Source of the DNA: an uncultured Planctomycetota bacterium
GTDB lineage: Bacteria > Planctomycetota > Planctomycetia > Isosphaerales > Isosphaeraceae
Assembly: GCA_963737655.1 (NCBI GenBank)
Contig: CAVTTN010000002.1
Span: forward strand, 5,952,001 to 6,016,000
Direction: 5' to 3'
Length of the DNA stretch: 64,000 nucleotides
Shown here one piece after another: positions 1 through 9,917 of this stretch. The translations under genes and the position numbers were made by a program. Each line of letters starts with the position of its first letter. The stretch's first letter is position 1. The notes beneath the pieces are model-generated. The model did not search any database. It saw nothing but the letters and a program-made list of their open reading frames with translations, and was not told where the DNA came from.

Positions 1-2
1 TC

Positions 3-260
3 GGCACCGACGACACGCTCCGGGACGGCGTCTCGCGGGCCACCGGCCTGGCCGATGCGTTCCTCCGCGGCCTAAACGCCAGCGGGATGGCGGCCGTGCT
101 CGGCCATCCTCCTGGGGACGAGTTCGACCAGCGGCCGAACCTCGACCTCGCCGTGACCCAGTTCACGGCCTGCCGCCTCCTGCTGGCGATGGACATCCTC
201 CAGTGCCTCGAAGCCGGCGCGGTCTCCCACTGGAAAGGTGGCCATTTTGCAACCGCTTGA
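3..260 (+). CDS. 3' end of an unknown protein (starts before the window), overlapping the helicase start
   Basis: Frame from base 3 is open (GTDDTLRDG...WKGGHFATA*) to TGA at 258-260 and overlaps the GTG at 238, suggesting translational coupling. Confidence 0.55.
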   Translation, partial: GTDDTLRDGVSRATGLADAFLRGLNASGMAAVLGHPPGDEFDQRPNLDLAVTQFTACRLLLAMDILQCLEAGAVSHWKGGHFATA

Positions 261-3200
261 CGCCCTGAAGTTGACCGACTCGCTTCGCAGGAGGCTCGTA
301 GAGTTCACGGCCGATGACCACCACGTCCGAGACGCCCGGCTCCGCGCCATCGCCCGGGAGATCTGGTCGGGACCTCCCGCCGAGGGCGGGTTGACGAGCG
401 ACCTGTGGGTCGAGTCCTCGCCGCCGGCCCTGGCCTCCGTGACGAGCCTGGGGGACCTCGTCCGCCACGGCGACTTCGACGGCTGGCTGGCCGACCAGCT
501 CGACCGGGCCGGGGCGGTCCCCGGGCACCGGCCGCTCTACGAGCATCAACTCCGGGCGATCGAGGCGGCGAGGGCCGAGGGTCTGCCCGGCAGGCCGGCC
601 CTGGTCGTGACCGCCCCGACCGGCTCGGGCAAGACCGAGAGCTTCCTCCTGCCCGTCCTCGACGACCTCGCCCGAACCCCAAGGAACCCCGGGGTCCGGG
701 GCATCCGTTCCCTGATCCTCTATCCGATGAACGCCCTGGTGAACGACCAGGTCGATCGGCTCCATTCCTGGCTCCGGGGCCAGGACCGGCTCACCCTCTT
801 CCACTTCACGTCCGAGACGCCCGAGGACTACAAGGCTGCGGTGAACCGTGACCTGCCGCCCTTCGACGCGAGCCGGATGAGGACCCGCGAGCAGGCCCGG
901 GGGCGCGAGGACCATCGGGGCGTCAAGGTCCCGGGCCACCGCGAGCGGGGCCCTCAGCCGGACGTCCTGATCACCAATTATTCGATGCTCGAATACATGC
1001 TCTGCCGTCCCCAGGATGCGATCTTCTTCGGGCCGGCGTTACGATCGATCGTCCTGGACGAGGCCCACCTCTACACCGGGACGCTCGCGGCCGAGATCGC
1101 CCTGCTGCTCCGTCGAGTCCTGGAGCGCTGCGGCCGGGCGCCCTCGGACGTCCTCCACGTCGCGACCTCGGCCACCCTGGGCCGGGGAGACTCGTCCGAG
1201 CTAGGGGCCTTCGCGGCCACCCTCTTCACCAAGCCCCGCGAACTCGTCCAGGTGATCGAAGGACGCAGCGCCCGCAACCTAATGGCCGTCCCGAGCCCGC
1301 CTCCGGTCCCCCCCGAAGCCGCCTCGGTCGCGGGCCGAGCCTGGCTGACCGGCCCGACCCTCGTCGCCGACCCCGCCGGAGAGGTCCGCCTGAACGTCTC
1401 GGATAGGGACTGCCGGGCCCTGGCCGACGACCTCCGGGCGATCGTCGGAGGCGACGAGGTAAACGCGGCGCCGGGCGCCTGCGGCGATCGCCCGGCCGTC
1501 CTCCTCCGAGACGCCTTGGAGCATGCGCCGATCCTCCATCGGATCGACGACGAATTGCACGGGAAGCGTCACATGAGGCTGGACGACCTGGCGGCTCGGG
1601 TCTGGAGACGATCCGACGACGAGGCGGTCGGGGCGACGATCAAGCTCCTCCAGGCCGGGGCGGCGGCCCGGGACTCGCCGGGGGCCTACCCGCTGCTGCC
1701 CCACCGGCTCCATACACTGGTGAGGCCCGCCGACGGGCTGGTCGTGTGCTTGAACGCGGAGTGCTCGGGCCGGTCCGACCGGAAGCTCGACGGCCTCGGC
1801 CGGGTCTGGCCGGGAAGGTCCGACCTCTGCGGATCGTGCGGGTCGGCCGCGATGAGCCTCCATCGCTGCGCCCATTGCGGCGAGTGGGGGCTCGCCGCGG
1901 TGGAGATGGACGGCCGATATCGGCCCGCCCCGCCCCGCCCGAACGAGGGCGCCGTCGTTCGATTCGCCACGATGGCCATCGACGGCGCCAAGGCGATCGG
2001 CGTGGCGCCGAGGGACGGCCGGAGGACGTCGTCGGGGGCGCTCAGGCTCTGGCCGGTCGAGGACTGCCCGAGGTGCGGGGCCTCGGCGGCCAGGGAATGG
2101 AGCCCGTTCGAGTCGGGGGCCGCGCTGTCCCTCTCGATCGTGGCCGAGACCCTGCTGGCGGGCCTGCCCGAATTCCCGTCGCCCGGGGCGATCGTGAGGC
2201 CCGCGAGGGGCCGCCGCCTCCTGGCCTTCAGCGACAGCCGGGCCGAGGCCGCCCGCCTCGGCCCGCGGCTGACCCTCCAGCACGAGATCCAGGTCGCCCG
2301 CGCCGCCATCGCCCGATTCGTCGAGGGCGGCGGATCGGCGGCCGACGCGGCGCGGATCGGCGACCTGGCCGAGGACCTCGAGACCCTGGGGCGAAGGCGC
2401 GAACGGCCGGGGCTGACCGGCCCGCAGCGCGAGGGCATCGAGCGAGACATCGCGGCGAAGGAACGCGAGCTGGAGGCCGCGCGGCAGGGCGGGACGATCG
2501 ACCAATGGACCGACTCGCTGGCGAAGAATGCCGAGAGCGGGACGATCCTCCGCGAATTGCTCGACGCCGACGCCGGGGAGAAGCATCAGGCGGCCGAATG
2601 GTCGGCGAAGTCCTGGGAGGAGAACGAGGCAGCCATCCGCAGGAGGCTACCGAACCTGATCGCCCGAGAGCTGGCGGCCCGACCTCGCGGCCGGATCTCG
2701 CTGGAGACGGCCGGGCTAGTCGAGGTCGTCTATCCGCGGCTCGACGCGGTGGCGGCCGACCCCGCGTTCCTCGGGTCGATGTCGTCGGCCGCCGCCCGGA
2801 GCGAGCTGCGAGCCGCCTGGCACGGCCTCCTGGCCGCGATCTGCGACGCGGTCCGCTCCGACGGCGCCGTCACCCTCGGCGAGGAAGGGGACCGCGATTA
2901 CCCCCTGGGCGAGAACCTGGTCGGCCGGTGGTGCTCGGCCGACGGCGAGGGGTATCGCCTGTTCCGGCTCGTCGGTACGACCGAGAGGCAGGCCCGCCGC
3001 CGGTTCGCCGCGTCGGTCCTGGAGGCCGCGGGCCTCCCCGGGCGCGAGGCGACCGAGCGGGCCCCGGACCTCCTGCGATCGGCGTTCGAGGCGATCCGAT
3101 CGTCGGGCCTGCCGTGGTTGGAGACGACGGGCCGACCGGCGGAGGGCGGGGAGGTCCCGGCGATCCGAGTCGTCTTCGCGAAGCTGGGGCTGAGGCGCCC

Positions 3201-5478
3201 CGCGACCCCATTCCTCTGCGAGACGACCGGCCATTTCTAGCCAAGGTCGGTCCTGGGCTGCGCCCCCGAGGCCGGGTGCGTGGGCCTGAGGGCCGTCGAC
3301 GACGACGCGCTCGACCGGGACCCGAGGCTGGGCCGCCTCCGTCGGGAGTTCAAGGCCTCGGAGATCTTCGCCCTGGGCCTCTGGGCCGAGGAGCATAGCG
3401 CCCAGCTCGACCCCCCGGAGAATCGTCGGCTCCAGGACCTCTTCCGCGCGGGCCTGCGGAACGTTCTGAGCTCGACGACCGCGCTGGAGCTGGGGATCGA
3501 CATCGGCGGCCTCTCGGGCGTGCTGATGGGGAACGTGCCCCCGGGCAAGGCGAATTACCTCCAGAGGGCCGGGCGGGCCGGCCGCCGGGCCGACGGATCG
3601 TCGCTCGTCGTCACGTTCGCCCGGCCCCGGCCCTACGACCGCGAGGTCTTCGGCGACCTCGGCGGCTATCTCGCCCGCCCCCTGAGGTCCCCGACGGTCC
3701 TCCTCGGCCGGGAGCGGCTTGGCCTCCGCCACGCCCGCGCCTTCCTCCTCGGCGAATTCTTCCGCGCCGTGTACCCCGAGGGCCACAAGGTCGGGGCCAT
3801 GCGTGCCTACGGCCTGATGGGCGGCTTCTGCGGGGTGGAGCGGGTCCAGTCCTTCTGGAAGTCCGGCAAGCCGCGCCCTCCGGCCTCGGCCGATCTCCCC
3901 TACGTCCTGCCGGGCGGCCTCCCGTGGAAGGCGGACGGGGAGGCCGGGCTGGCCGGCGGGTTCCTCGCATTCCTTCGCTGGGCCGAGACGTCGGAGGGGA
4001 TGACTCGCCTCTCGCAGCCCCTGGGGGCCGTGCTCCACGACACCCCGGCCGCCGCCGGATTGGCCCGGTGGGACGGATTCCTCCGGGACGTTCGCGAGAA
4101 GTTCGCCGCGGAGATCGGCCGGTGGCGGGCCGACTACGCGGACGTGCTCGCCGCGTGGAAGGCCGTCGAGGGCGACGACCCCGGCGACCGGGCGCGGGCC
4201 AATGCCGTCTGCTACCAGCTCGACACGCTCGCCGACACCACCGTGATCGAGGTCCTCGCCGATCGTCAGGTCCTGCCCCGCTACGGCTTCCCGATTGGGA
4301 TGCTCAAGCTGAGGGTGGTCGTCCCCAGGACGGATCGGTCGGGCCGGGAGCGAGGCCGCGAGGAGGACCGATTCCGACTGGAAAGGGGCGGCCTGCTCGC
4401 CCTCCGCGAGTACGCGCCCGGCTCGAAGCTCCTGGCCGGCGGCAAGGTGGTGACCTCGCGAGGCCTGATGAAGCACTGGACCGGCGCGAACGTGAACAGC
4501 GCCTTCGGGCTGAGGGGACTCGGGTCGGAATGCGAGGACGGGCACTACTCGTATCGGATCGACTCTCAGGAGTCCTTCGACGAATGCCCGGTCTGCGGGG
4601 CCGGCCCCAGGCGCCCCCCCGACGAGCTGCTCCTGCCCCGGCACGGGTTCACCAGCGCCCTGTGGGACCCCCCGCGACGACGGACCGAGGTCGAGTCCGT
4701 CGGGAGCGTCGATCGGGCCACCATCAGCTTCGCCCGAGGGGGCTCCGGGGCGGCCCGCGCCGAGGATTTCGGCGGCGTCCCCGGCCTCCTCGCGCTCTAT
4801 CGGGAGGACGGCGAGATCCTCGTCTACCACCGGGGCGAACACGCGAACGGCTTCGCCGTGTGCGTCAAGTGCGGCTACGCCGAGAGCGAGCCGAGGAGGA
4901 AGCCCGGGGAGGCGGCCGACGGGCTCGTCGGGCTGCCGAAGAGCTTCAGCCGCCATGCCTCCCTCGACGACGCCAAAGGGAAGTCCCCATGCCTGAGGTC
5001 CGGCGATCCGCCCCCCCTGCGTCGCCGGGTCCTGGCGGCGAGGGAGACGACCGACGTGCTGCTGCTGGACCTCGATCGGTGCCTGCCCGCGACGGTCGAC
5101 GACAAGGAGGCCGAGGCCGTGATCGAGACGCTCGGGCGGTCCCTGCTCGCCTCGGGCTCCAGGCTCCTGGACCTCGACACCCGGGAGCTCGGTGGCTTCC
5201 CCCTGGGCCGGGGGATCGTCCTCCACGACAACGTCCCGGGGGGCGCCGGACACGTCGGCGAGCTCTTCGAGAAGCATCGGGACCGGGACGGCGGCCGGTC
5301 CTGGCTGGAGGAGGCCCGCCGCATCCTCCGGGGCGACGACGCCCACGACGCCCGCTGCGAGACCGCCTGCCTCGACTGCCTCCTGACGTTCGACGTCCAG
5401 GACGCCATGAGCCGCGGGATGCTGAGGCGTCGGCTCGCCCTGGAGGCCCTGGAAGCGATGCTCGGAGCGGCCGGCTGA
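238..5478 (+). pseudogene. Large DEAH-box SF2 helicase with Cys clusters and C-terminal DUF1998-like domain (DruE/Hrq1-SftH-like), interrupted by one in-frame TAG at 3238-3240
   Basis: ORFs 238-3240 and 3280-5478 are in the same frame. Motifs: Q motif LYEHQ, PTGSGKT, YPMNALVNDQ and LDEAH before the stop; LELGIDIG, QRAGRAGR, LPRYGFP, EYAPG and CETACLDCLL after it. Confidence 0.8.
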
Positions 5479-5533
5479 TCCGCGATCCGCCGGGCCGGCC
5501 GATGCCGAGAGGAGAAATCCGCGAAGTCCGGAC

Positions 5534-5570
5534 GGGACGACGGTCGATGTCCCACCCCCCTCGTTAGATT
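5534..5570 (+). promoter_or_regulatory. Inverted repeat GGGAC-N10-GTCCC followed by a -10-like TAGATT; candidate operator/promoter of the WYL-cas3 unit
   Basis: Palindromic arms at 5534-5538 and 5549-5553, TAGATT at 5565-5570, about 50 bp before the WYL start. Confidence 0.35.
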
Positions 5571-5620
5571 GGTCGTTGCCGGTGCCGGGGGATCGGTGCC
5601 GTACCTCGGGGAGGCAGGCC

Positions 5621-6592
5621 GTGAAGGTCGCCACGCGGTTCGCCATGCAAAGGATCGCCGCCCTGGACCGGGCCGTCCGGGCCGGCGAGTATCGCAACGC
5701 GTCGACCCTGGCCCGGCTCCTCGAGGTCGATCGCCGGACCGTCCAGCGTGACATCGAGTTCCTCCGAGACCGACTCGGCGGCCCCCTGGAGTTCGACGCC
5801 CGGCGGAACGGCTATCGCTACGCCGACCCCGACTACCGCCTCTCCTTCCTGGACCTGGACGAGAGCGAGCTGATCGCCCTGTTCCTGGCCGAGGGGGTCC
5901 TGAGGCAGTACCGGGGCACCCCGTACGCCGCCGACCTCGCCTCGGCCTGCCGGAAGATCGCCGCCGGGACGGCCGGGACGGCGGCCGGCGAGGCCGAGGC
6001 GCACTCGTTCCGCCTGACTGCCCCGTCCCCCCTGGACCCGGGCGTCTATGAGGCCCTCCTCGCGGCGATCCGTTCCCGGTCCCGCCTGGCGATCCGCTAC
6101 TACTCGGCCTCGCGCGACGAGGAGGCCGACCGCCGGATCGACCCGTACCACGTGGCCACGATCGACGGCAGCCCCTACCTGATCGCCCATTGCCACGCCC
6201 GGGGCGAGATCCGCATGTTCGCCCCCTCCCGGATCCGGGGCCTGAAGGCGACGGGCGAGACGTTCGACCCGCCGGTTGACTTCCGCGTCGAGGAGGACCT
6301 CGACGGGTCGTTCGCCGTGCTCCGCGGCGGGCCGGCGCACCACGTCCGGCTGAGGTTCTCCGGCCTGGCCGTCCGCTACGTCCGAGAGCGGGTCTGGCAC
6401 CCCAGCCAGTCGGTCGAGGACCGGCCCGACGGCTCGTTGGACCTCACCCTGACCGTCGATCACCTCCGCGAGGTCGAGCGATTCGCGCTGTCCTGGGGAC
6501 CGGACTGCCGGGTCATCGAGCCGGAGGCCCTCCGGGACCTCGTGGCCCGGGCCCTGGCGCTCGCGGCGGCCCAGTACGGGCCCCCGCGGTGA
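5621..6592 (+). CDS. HTH-WYL-WCX transcriptional regulator
   Basis: GTG after GGAGG. HTH LARLLEVDRRTVQRDIEFLRD; WYL-type RRIDPYH...YLIAHCHARGEIRMF..SRI; C-terminal ALSWGPDCRVIEPEALR. Confidence 0.9.
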   Translation: MKVATRFAMQRIAALDRAVRAGEYRNASTLARLLEVDRRTVQRDIEFLRDRLGGPLEFDARRNGYRYADPDYRLSFLDLDESELIALFLAEGVLRQYRGTPYAADLASACRKIAAGTAGTAAGEAEAHSFRLTAPSPLDPGVYEALLAAIRSRSRLAIRYYSASRDEEADRRIDPYHVATIDGSPYLIAHCHARGEIRMFAPSRIRGLKATGETFDPPVDFRVEEDLDGSFAVLRGGPAHHVRLRFSGLAVRYVRERVWHPSQSVEDRPDGSLDLTLTVDHLREVERFALSWGPDCRVIEPEALRDLVARALALAAAQYGPPR

Positions 6593-6659
6593 TCGGCAAG
6601 CGGGACCGAGTGGCTCTGTTGTGACCCTTCTGCCGCCCCGATTCCCGAAGAGGCCCGAG

Positions 6660-9047
6660 ATGGACGAACCGCAGGAACCTCGATACGCCCACACGCTCGA
6701 GGGGGCCGGTACGGACCGGTGGCAGACAATGCAAAAGCACCTCGCCGGGGTCGCTCGTCTCGCGGGGGACCACGCCGGGGCCTTCGGCTCGCGGGCCTGG
6801 GGTGAGTTGGCCGGGCTCTGGCACGACCTGGGCAAGTACGCCGAGGATTTCCAGTCGTACCTCAGGGCGTCCTCGCGAGACCCGGCGATCCTCGATGCCT
6901 CGGTGCTCGACGAACCGCGCGGACCGGGAAAGAAGGTGGACCATTCCACCGCCGGGGCCGCGTTCGTGTATGAGAAGTGCCAGGGAAAGCTCGGGGGAAG
7001 AGAGAGGAACGAGCTTCCCCCGACGGCCTTGACGCTGGCGATGGTCATCGCCGGGCACCACGGCGGGTTACCCAAGAGGTGTCAATTTGAGCAAGAACGG
7101 TTGACCGCCGAAGAGAAAACTTCCAGGCTCCGGGCCGCCAAATCGGGCGGCGCCCCGAGCGACCTTCTGGCCCACGAGTTACCCCCGCCACCGGACTTCC
7201 TGCGGCCCGAGGCTCTGCAAGGCGCGGCGTCCTCGCGGGAGGAACGCCTGCGGTTGTTCCAACTCCGCCACGAATTCTGGACCCGCATGCTCTTCTCGGC
7301 GCTGGTCGATGCCGACAGCCTGGACACCGAGGCGTTCTGCAACCCCGAGCGGTCCCGGGTCCGAGACCGGGCGAAGGGGGACGAAACCCTGCTGACCCGC
7401 ATGAAGGAGCGGCTCGACGCCCACCTCCTCCGCGTGGCGGACCGGGGGCGGGAGCGGGCGGATTCCCTCCCCGCCGGCGCCCGCGAACGGGCCGAGGCCG
7501 TCCTGGACCTCCGGGCCCGGGTCCTCGCCGCCTGCCGAGGCCGGGCCAAGGCGCCCCCCGGCCGTCGCAGCCTCACGGTCCCGACCGGCGGCGGCAAGAC
7601 GCTCTCGGCCCTGGCCTATGCCCTCGAACATGCGATCAAGAACGGGCTCCGCCGGGTGATCGTGGTGATCCCCTTCACCAGCATCATCGACCAGACGGCC
7701 GGGGTCTATCGCGACGCCTTCGGCGACGACCTGGCCGAATTCGTGATCGAGCACCACAGCAACCTCGACCCCGAGCGAGAGGAGTACCACAGCCGCCTGG
7801 CCTCGGAGAACTGGGACGCCCCGGTGGTCGTCACCACCAGCGTCCAGTTCTTCGAGAGCCTCTTCTCCCACAAGAGGTCGGCGACGCGGAAGCTCCACAA
7901 CATCGCCCGGAGCGTGGTCGTCTTCGACGAGGTCCAGACGCTCCCCCATGAGCTTCGCGAGCCGATCTTCGACGCCCTGAACGAGCTGGTGGACCACTAC
8001 GGCGTGTCGGCCCTGTTCTGCACCGCGACCCAGCCGGCCCTGTCGCTGAAGCAGGTCGGCCTCCAGGACTTCCCGCATCTCGTTGACGTGGAAGAGGTCA
8101 TCGACGACGTCGGCGCCCAGTTCGGGGCCGTCGCAGATCGGGTGAGCGTCGAGTTTCCCGAGGACGATGGGCCCACGACCTGGGAGGCCCTGGCGGCCCG
8201 GGTCCGCGAGCACGACCGGGCCCTGGCGATCGTCCACCGTCGCGACGATGCCCGCCTCCTCGCCGAAGCGGTCGGCCCGGGGACCGTCCACCTCTCGACT
8301 CGCATGTGCCCCACCCACCGCCGGGAGGTCATCGAGCGGATCAGGGCGGACCTGGCCGCGGGCCGTCCGATCCGAGTCGTGAGCACGACTTTAATTGAAG
8401 CCGGCGTCGATCTTGACTTCCCCACGGTCTTCCGCGCGCTCGGGGGGGCCGATTCCTGCGCCCAGGCTGCTGGCCGATGCAACCGTGAAGGCCGGCTGAC
8501 CGACGCGGAAGGCTACCCCATCCCGGGCCGCCTGATCCTCTTCCGCGCCCCCAGCGACCCGCCCCCGGGCTTGAGGCTCGGACTCCAGGTGGCCGACACT
8601 CTTCGACGATCGGGCGACCCCCTGGACCTGTTCGACCCGACGACGTTCGACCGCTATTTCCGAGAGTATTTCTCGTCGATCAACGTTGACCGGACCGAGG
8701 TGACCCTCTCACGCACGGAGCGGGATTTCCCCGAGGTCGATGCCCGATTCCGCATCATCGAGGAGGACGGGAAGGCCGGCGTGGTTGTTCCCTACGGCGG
8801 CTTCGAGGCCGGCGTCCGGGACTACGAGCGCGACCCCTGCCGCCGCACGCTACGCGGACTGCAACCGTTCCTCGTCAATGCCCACGAACATGATTTGGCG
8901 TTCTTCAGGAAAGAGGGATTGATCCAAACGATCCACGAGCAGGTCCATGTGTTGAGGGCGCCGGGTCCGCAGTATGACCCGACCTACGGACTGATCGTGG
9001 ACCGGGTCGTCCCGGCCGATCCCGGGGCGCTCATCACGGACCCCTGA
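6660..9047 (+). CDS. cas3: Type I-C Cas3 (HD nuclease + helicase), system A
   Basis: HDLGK, IAGHHGGL, LFSALVDADSLDT, VPTGGGKT, FDEVQ, EAGVDLDF, QAAGRCNREG. Confidence 0.95.
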   Translation: MDEPQEPRYAHTLEGAGTDRWQTMQKHLAGVARLAGDHAGAFGSRAWGELAGLWHDLGKYAEDFQSYLRASSRDPAILDASVLDEPRGPGKKVDHSTAGAAFVYEKCQGKLGGRERNELPPTALTLAMVIAGHHGGLPKRCQFEQERLTAEEKTSRLRAAKSGGAPSDLLAHELPPPPDFLRPEALQGAASSREERLRLFQLRHEFWTRMLFSALVDADSLDTEAFCNPERSRVRDRAKGDETLLTRMKERLDAHLLRVADRGRERADSLPAGARERAEAVLDLRARVLAACRGRAKAPPGRRSLTVPTGGGKTLSALAYALEHAIKNGLRRVIVVIPFTSIIDQTAGVYRDAFGDDLAEFVIEHHSNLDPEREEYHSRLASENWDAPVVVTTSVQFFESLFSHKRSATRKLHNIARSVVVFDEVQTLPHELREPIFDALNELVDHYGVSALFCTATQPALSLKQVGLQDFPHLVDVEEVIDDVGAQFGAVADRVSVEFPEDDGPTTWEALAARVREHDRALAIVHRRDDARLLAEAVGPGTVHLSTRMCPTHRREVIERIRADLAAGRPIRVVSTTLIEAGVDLDFPTVFRALGGADSCAQAAGRCNREGRLTDAEGYPIPGRLILFRAPSDPPPGLRLGLQVADTLRRSGDPLDLFDPTTFDRYFREYFSSINVDRTEVTLSRTERDFPEVDARFRIIEEDGKAGVVVPYGGFEAGVRDYERDPCRRTLRGLQPFLVNAHEHDLAFFRKEGLIQTIHEQVHVLRAPGPQYDPTYGLIVDRVVPADPGALITDP

Positions 9048-9060
9048 GCCGGGTCTTCGG

Positions 9061-9082
9061 TTCGCAGTAGCGAAATTTCCAA
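9061..9082 (+). promoter_or_regulatory. TTC PAM plus protospacer-like site in the AT-rich cas3-cas5 intergenic (probable promoter) region
   Basis: TTC at 9061-9063, then GCAGTAGCGAAATTTCCAA, which matches 9207-9225 at 17/19 positions. Confidence 0.75.
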
Positions 9083-9169
9083 AAATTCCCCGAACGCTCC
9101 CGGACGAGGGCCGTTCTTGGATCGGGCGAAGGTGCCCCACGCTCCTCGGGGCACCGATCGGCCGCGACG

Positions 9170-9240
9170 CGGCGGCCGACCGTCCCGGCGGCGTGTGGGT
9201 TGAAACGCAGTGGCGAAGTTTCCAATCCCCGAAAGGAGCA
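9170..9240 (+). ncRNA. CRISPR-like regulatory RNA element: solitary degenerate repeat plus promoter-matching guide in the cas5 5' leader
   Basis: Hairpin GCCG(A)CCG-TCC-CGGCGGC, then GTGGGTTGAAAC identical to the 3' end of the array repeat (ends at 9206), then GCAGTGGCGAAGTTTCCAA. Confidence 0.75.
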
Positions 9241-9917
9241 TGAATGTGACGAATGCCGAACGCACCTACCGTGTCCGAATCCGCGGCGAATGGGCCTGCT
9301 TCACCAGGCCCGAGCTCAAGACCGAGCGCGTGTCCTATCATGTGATCACGCCTTCGGCCGTCCGGGGGGCGGTCGAAGCGGTGGTCTGGAAGCCGGCGAT
9401 CCGCTGGAACGTCCACCGGATCGCGGTCCTGGCGCCGATCAAGTTCGCCTCGGTCAAACGGAACGAGGTGAACCGGGTCATCCCCACGCGGAACGCCCGG
9501 GCCCTGATGAGGGGCGAGGAGGTGCCCGACTACTTCGCCGACGAGGACCGGGCCCAGCGCAACGCGCTGGTCTTGCGGGACGTGGACTACGTCGCCGAGG
9601 TCTCGTTCGCGATGACCCGCCGCGCCGGCCCGGAAGACAACCCCCTGAAGTTCGACGAGATGTTCCGCCGCCGCCTGGAGCGGGGCCAGTACCACATGAG
9701 CCCGTACCTCGGCACCCGCGAGTTCCCCGCGATCATCGAGCCGGCCGGTGACGAGGACTGGAAGCCGATTGCCGTCGATATGGACCTCGGCCGGATGCTC
9801 CTGGACATCGACTACGGCCGCCCCAACCGCCCGGTCTTCTTCGAGGCCCGCATGAAGGGCGGCGTGATCGAGGTCCCGGCCATGAGCCGTCGCGAGGACG
9901 GCGAGGTGGGCGCATGA
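9240..9917 (+). CDS. cas5: Type I-C Cas5 (Cas5d), system A; start is ATG 9240 or GTG 9246
   Basis: GEWACFTRPELKTERVSY..ITPSAVRG, KRNEV, PYLGTREF; RBS AAGGAG at 9233-9238. Confidence 0.95.
   Translation: MNVTNAERTYRVRIRGEWACFTRPELKTERVSYHVITPSAVRGAVEAVVWKPAIRWNVHRIAVLAPIKFASVKRNEVNRVIPTRNARALMRGEEVPDYFADEDRAQRNALVLRDVDYVAEVSFAMTRRAGPEDNPLKFDEMFRRRLERGQYHMSPYLGTREFPAIIEPAGDEDWKPIAVDMDLGRMLLDIDYGRPNRPVFFEARMKGGVIEVPAMSRREDGEVGA

Noticed and set aside
3238..3240. Programmed amber recoding (pyrrolysine) in the helicase
   Set aside because: No pyl genes in the window and other genes here end in TAG; a point change from TGG is simpler.
2716..5754. Long antisense or alternate-frame ORFs (also 21186-24350 +, 49797-52889 +, 58317-60956 -)
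   Set aside because: Shadow ORFs of real genes in high-GC DNA; Arg/Pro/Gly-rich with no recognisable motifs.
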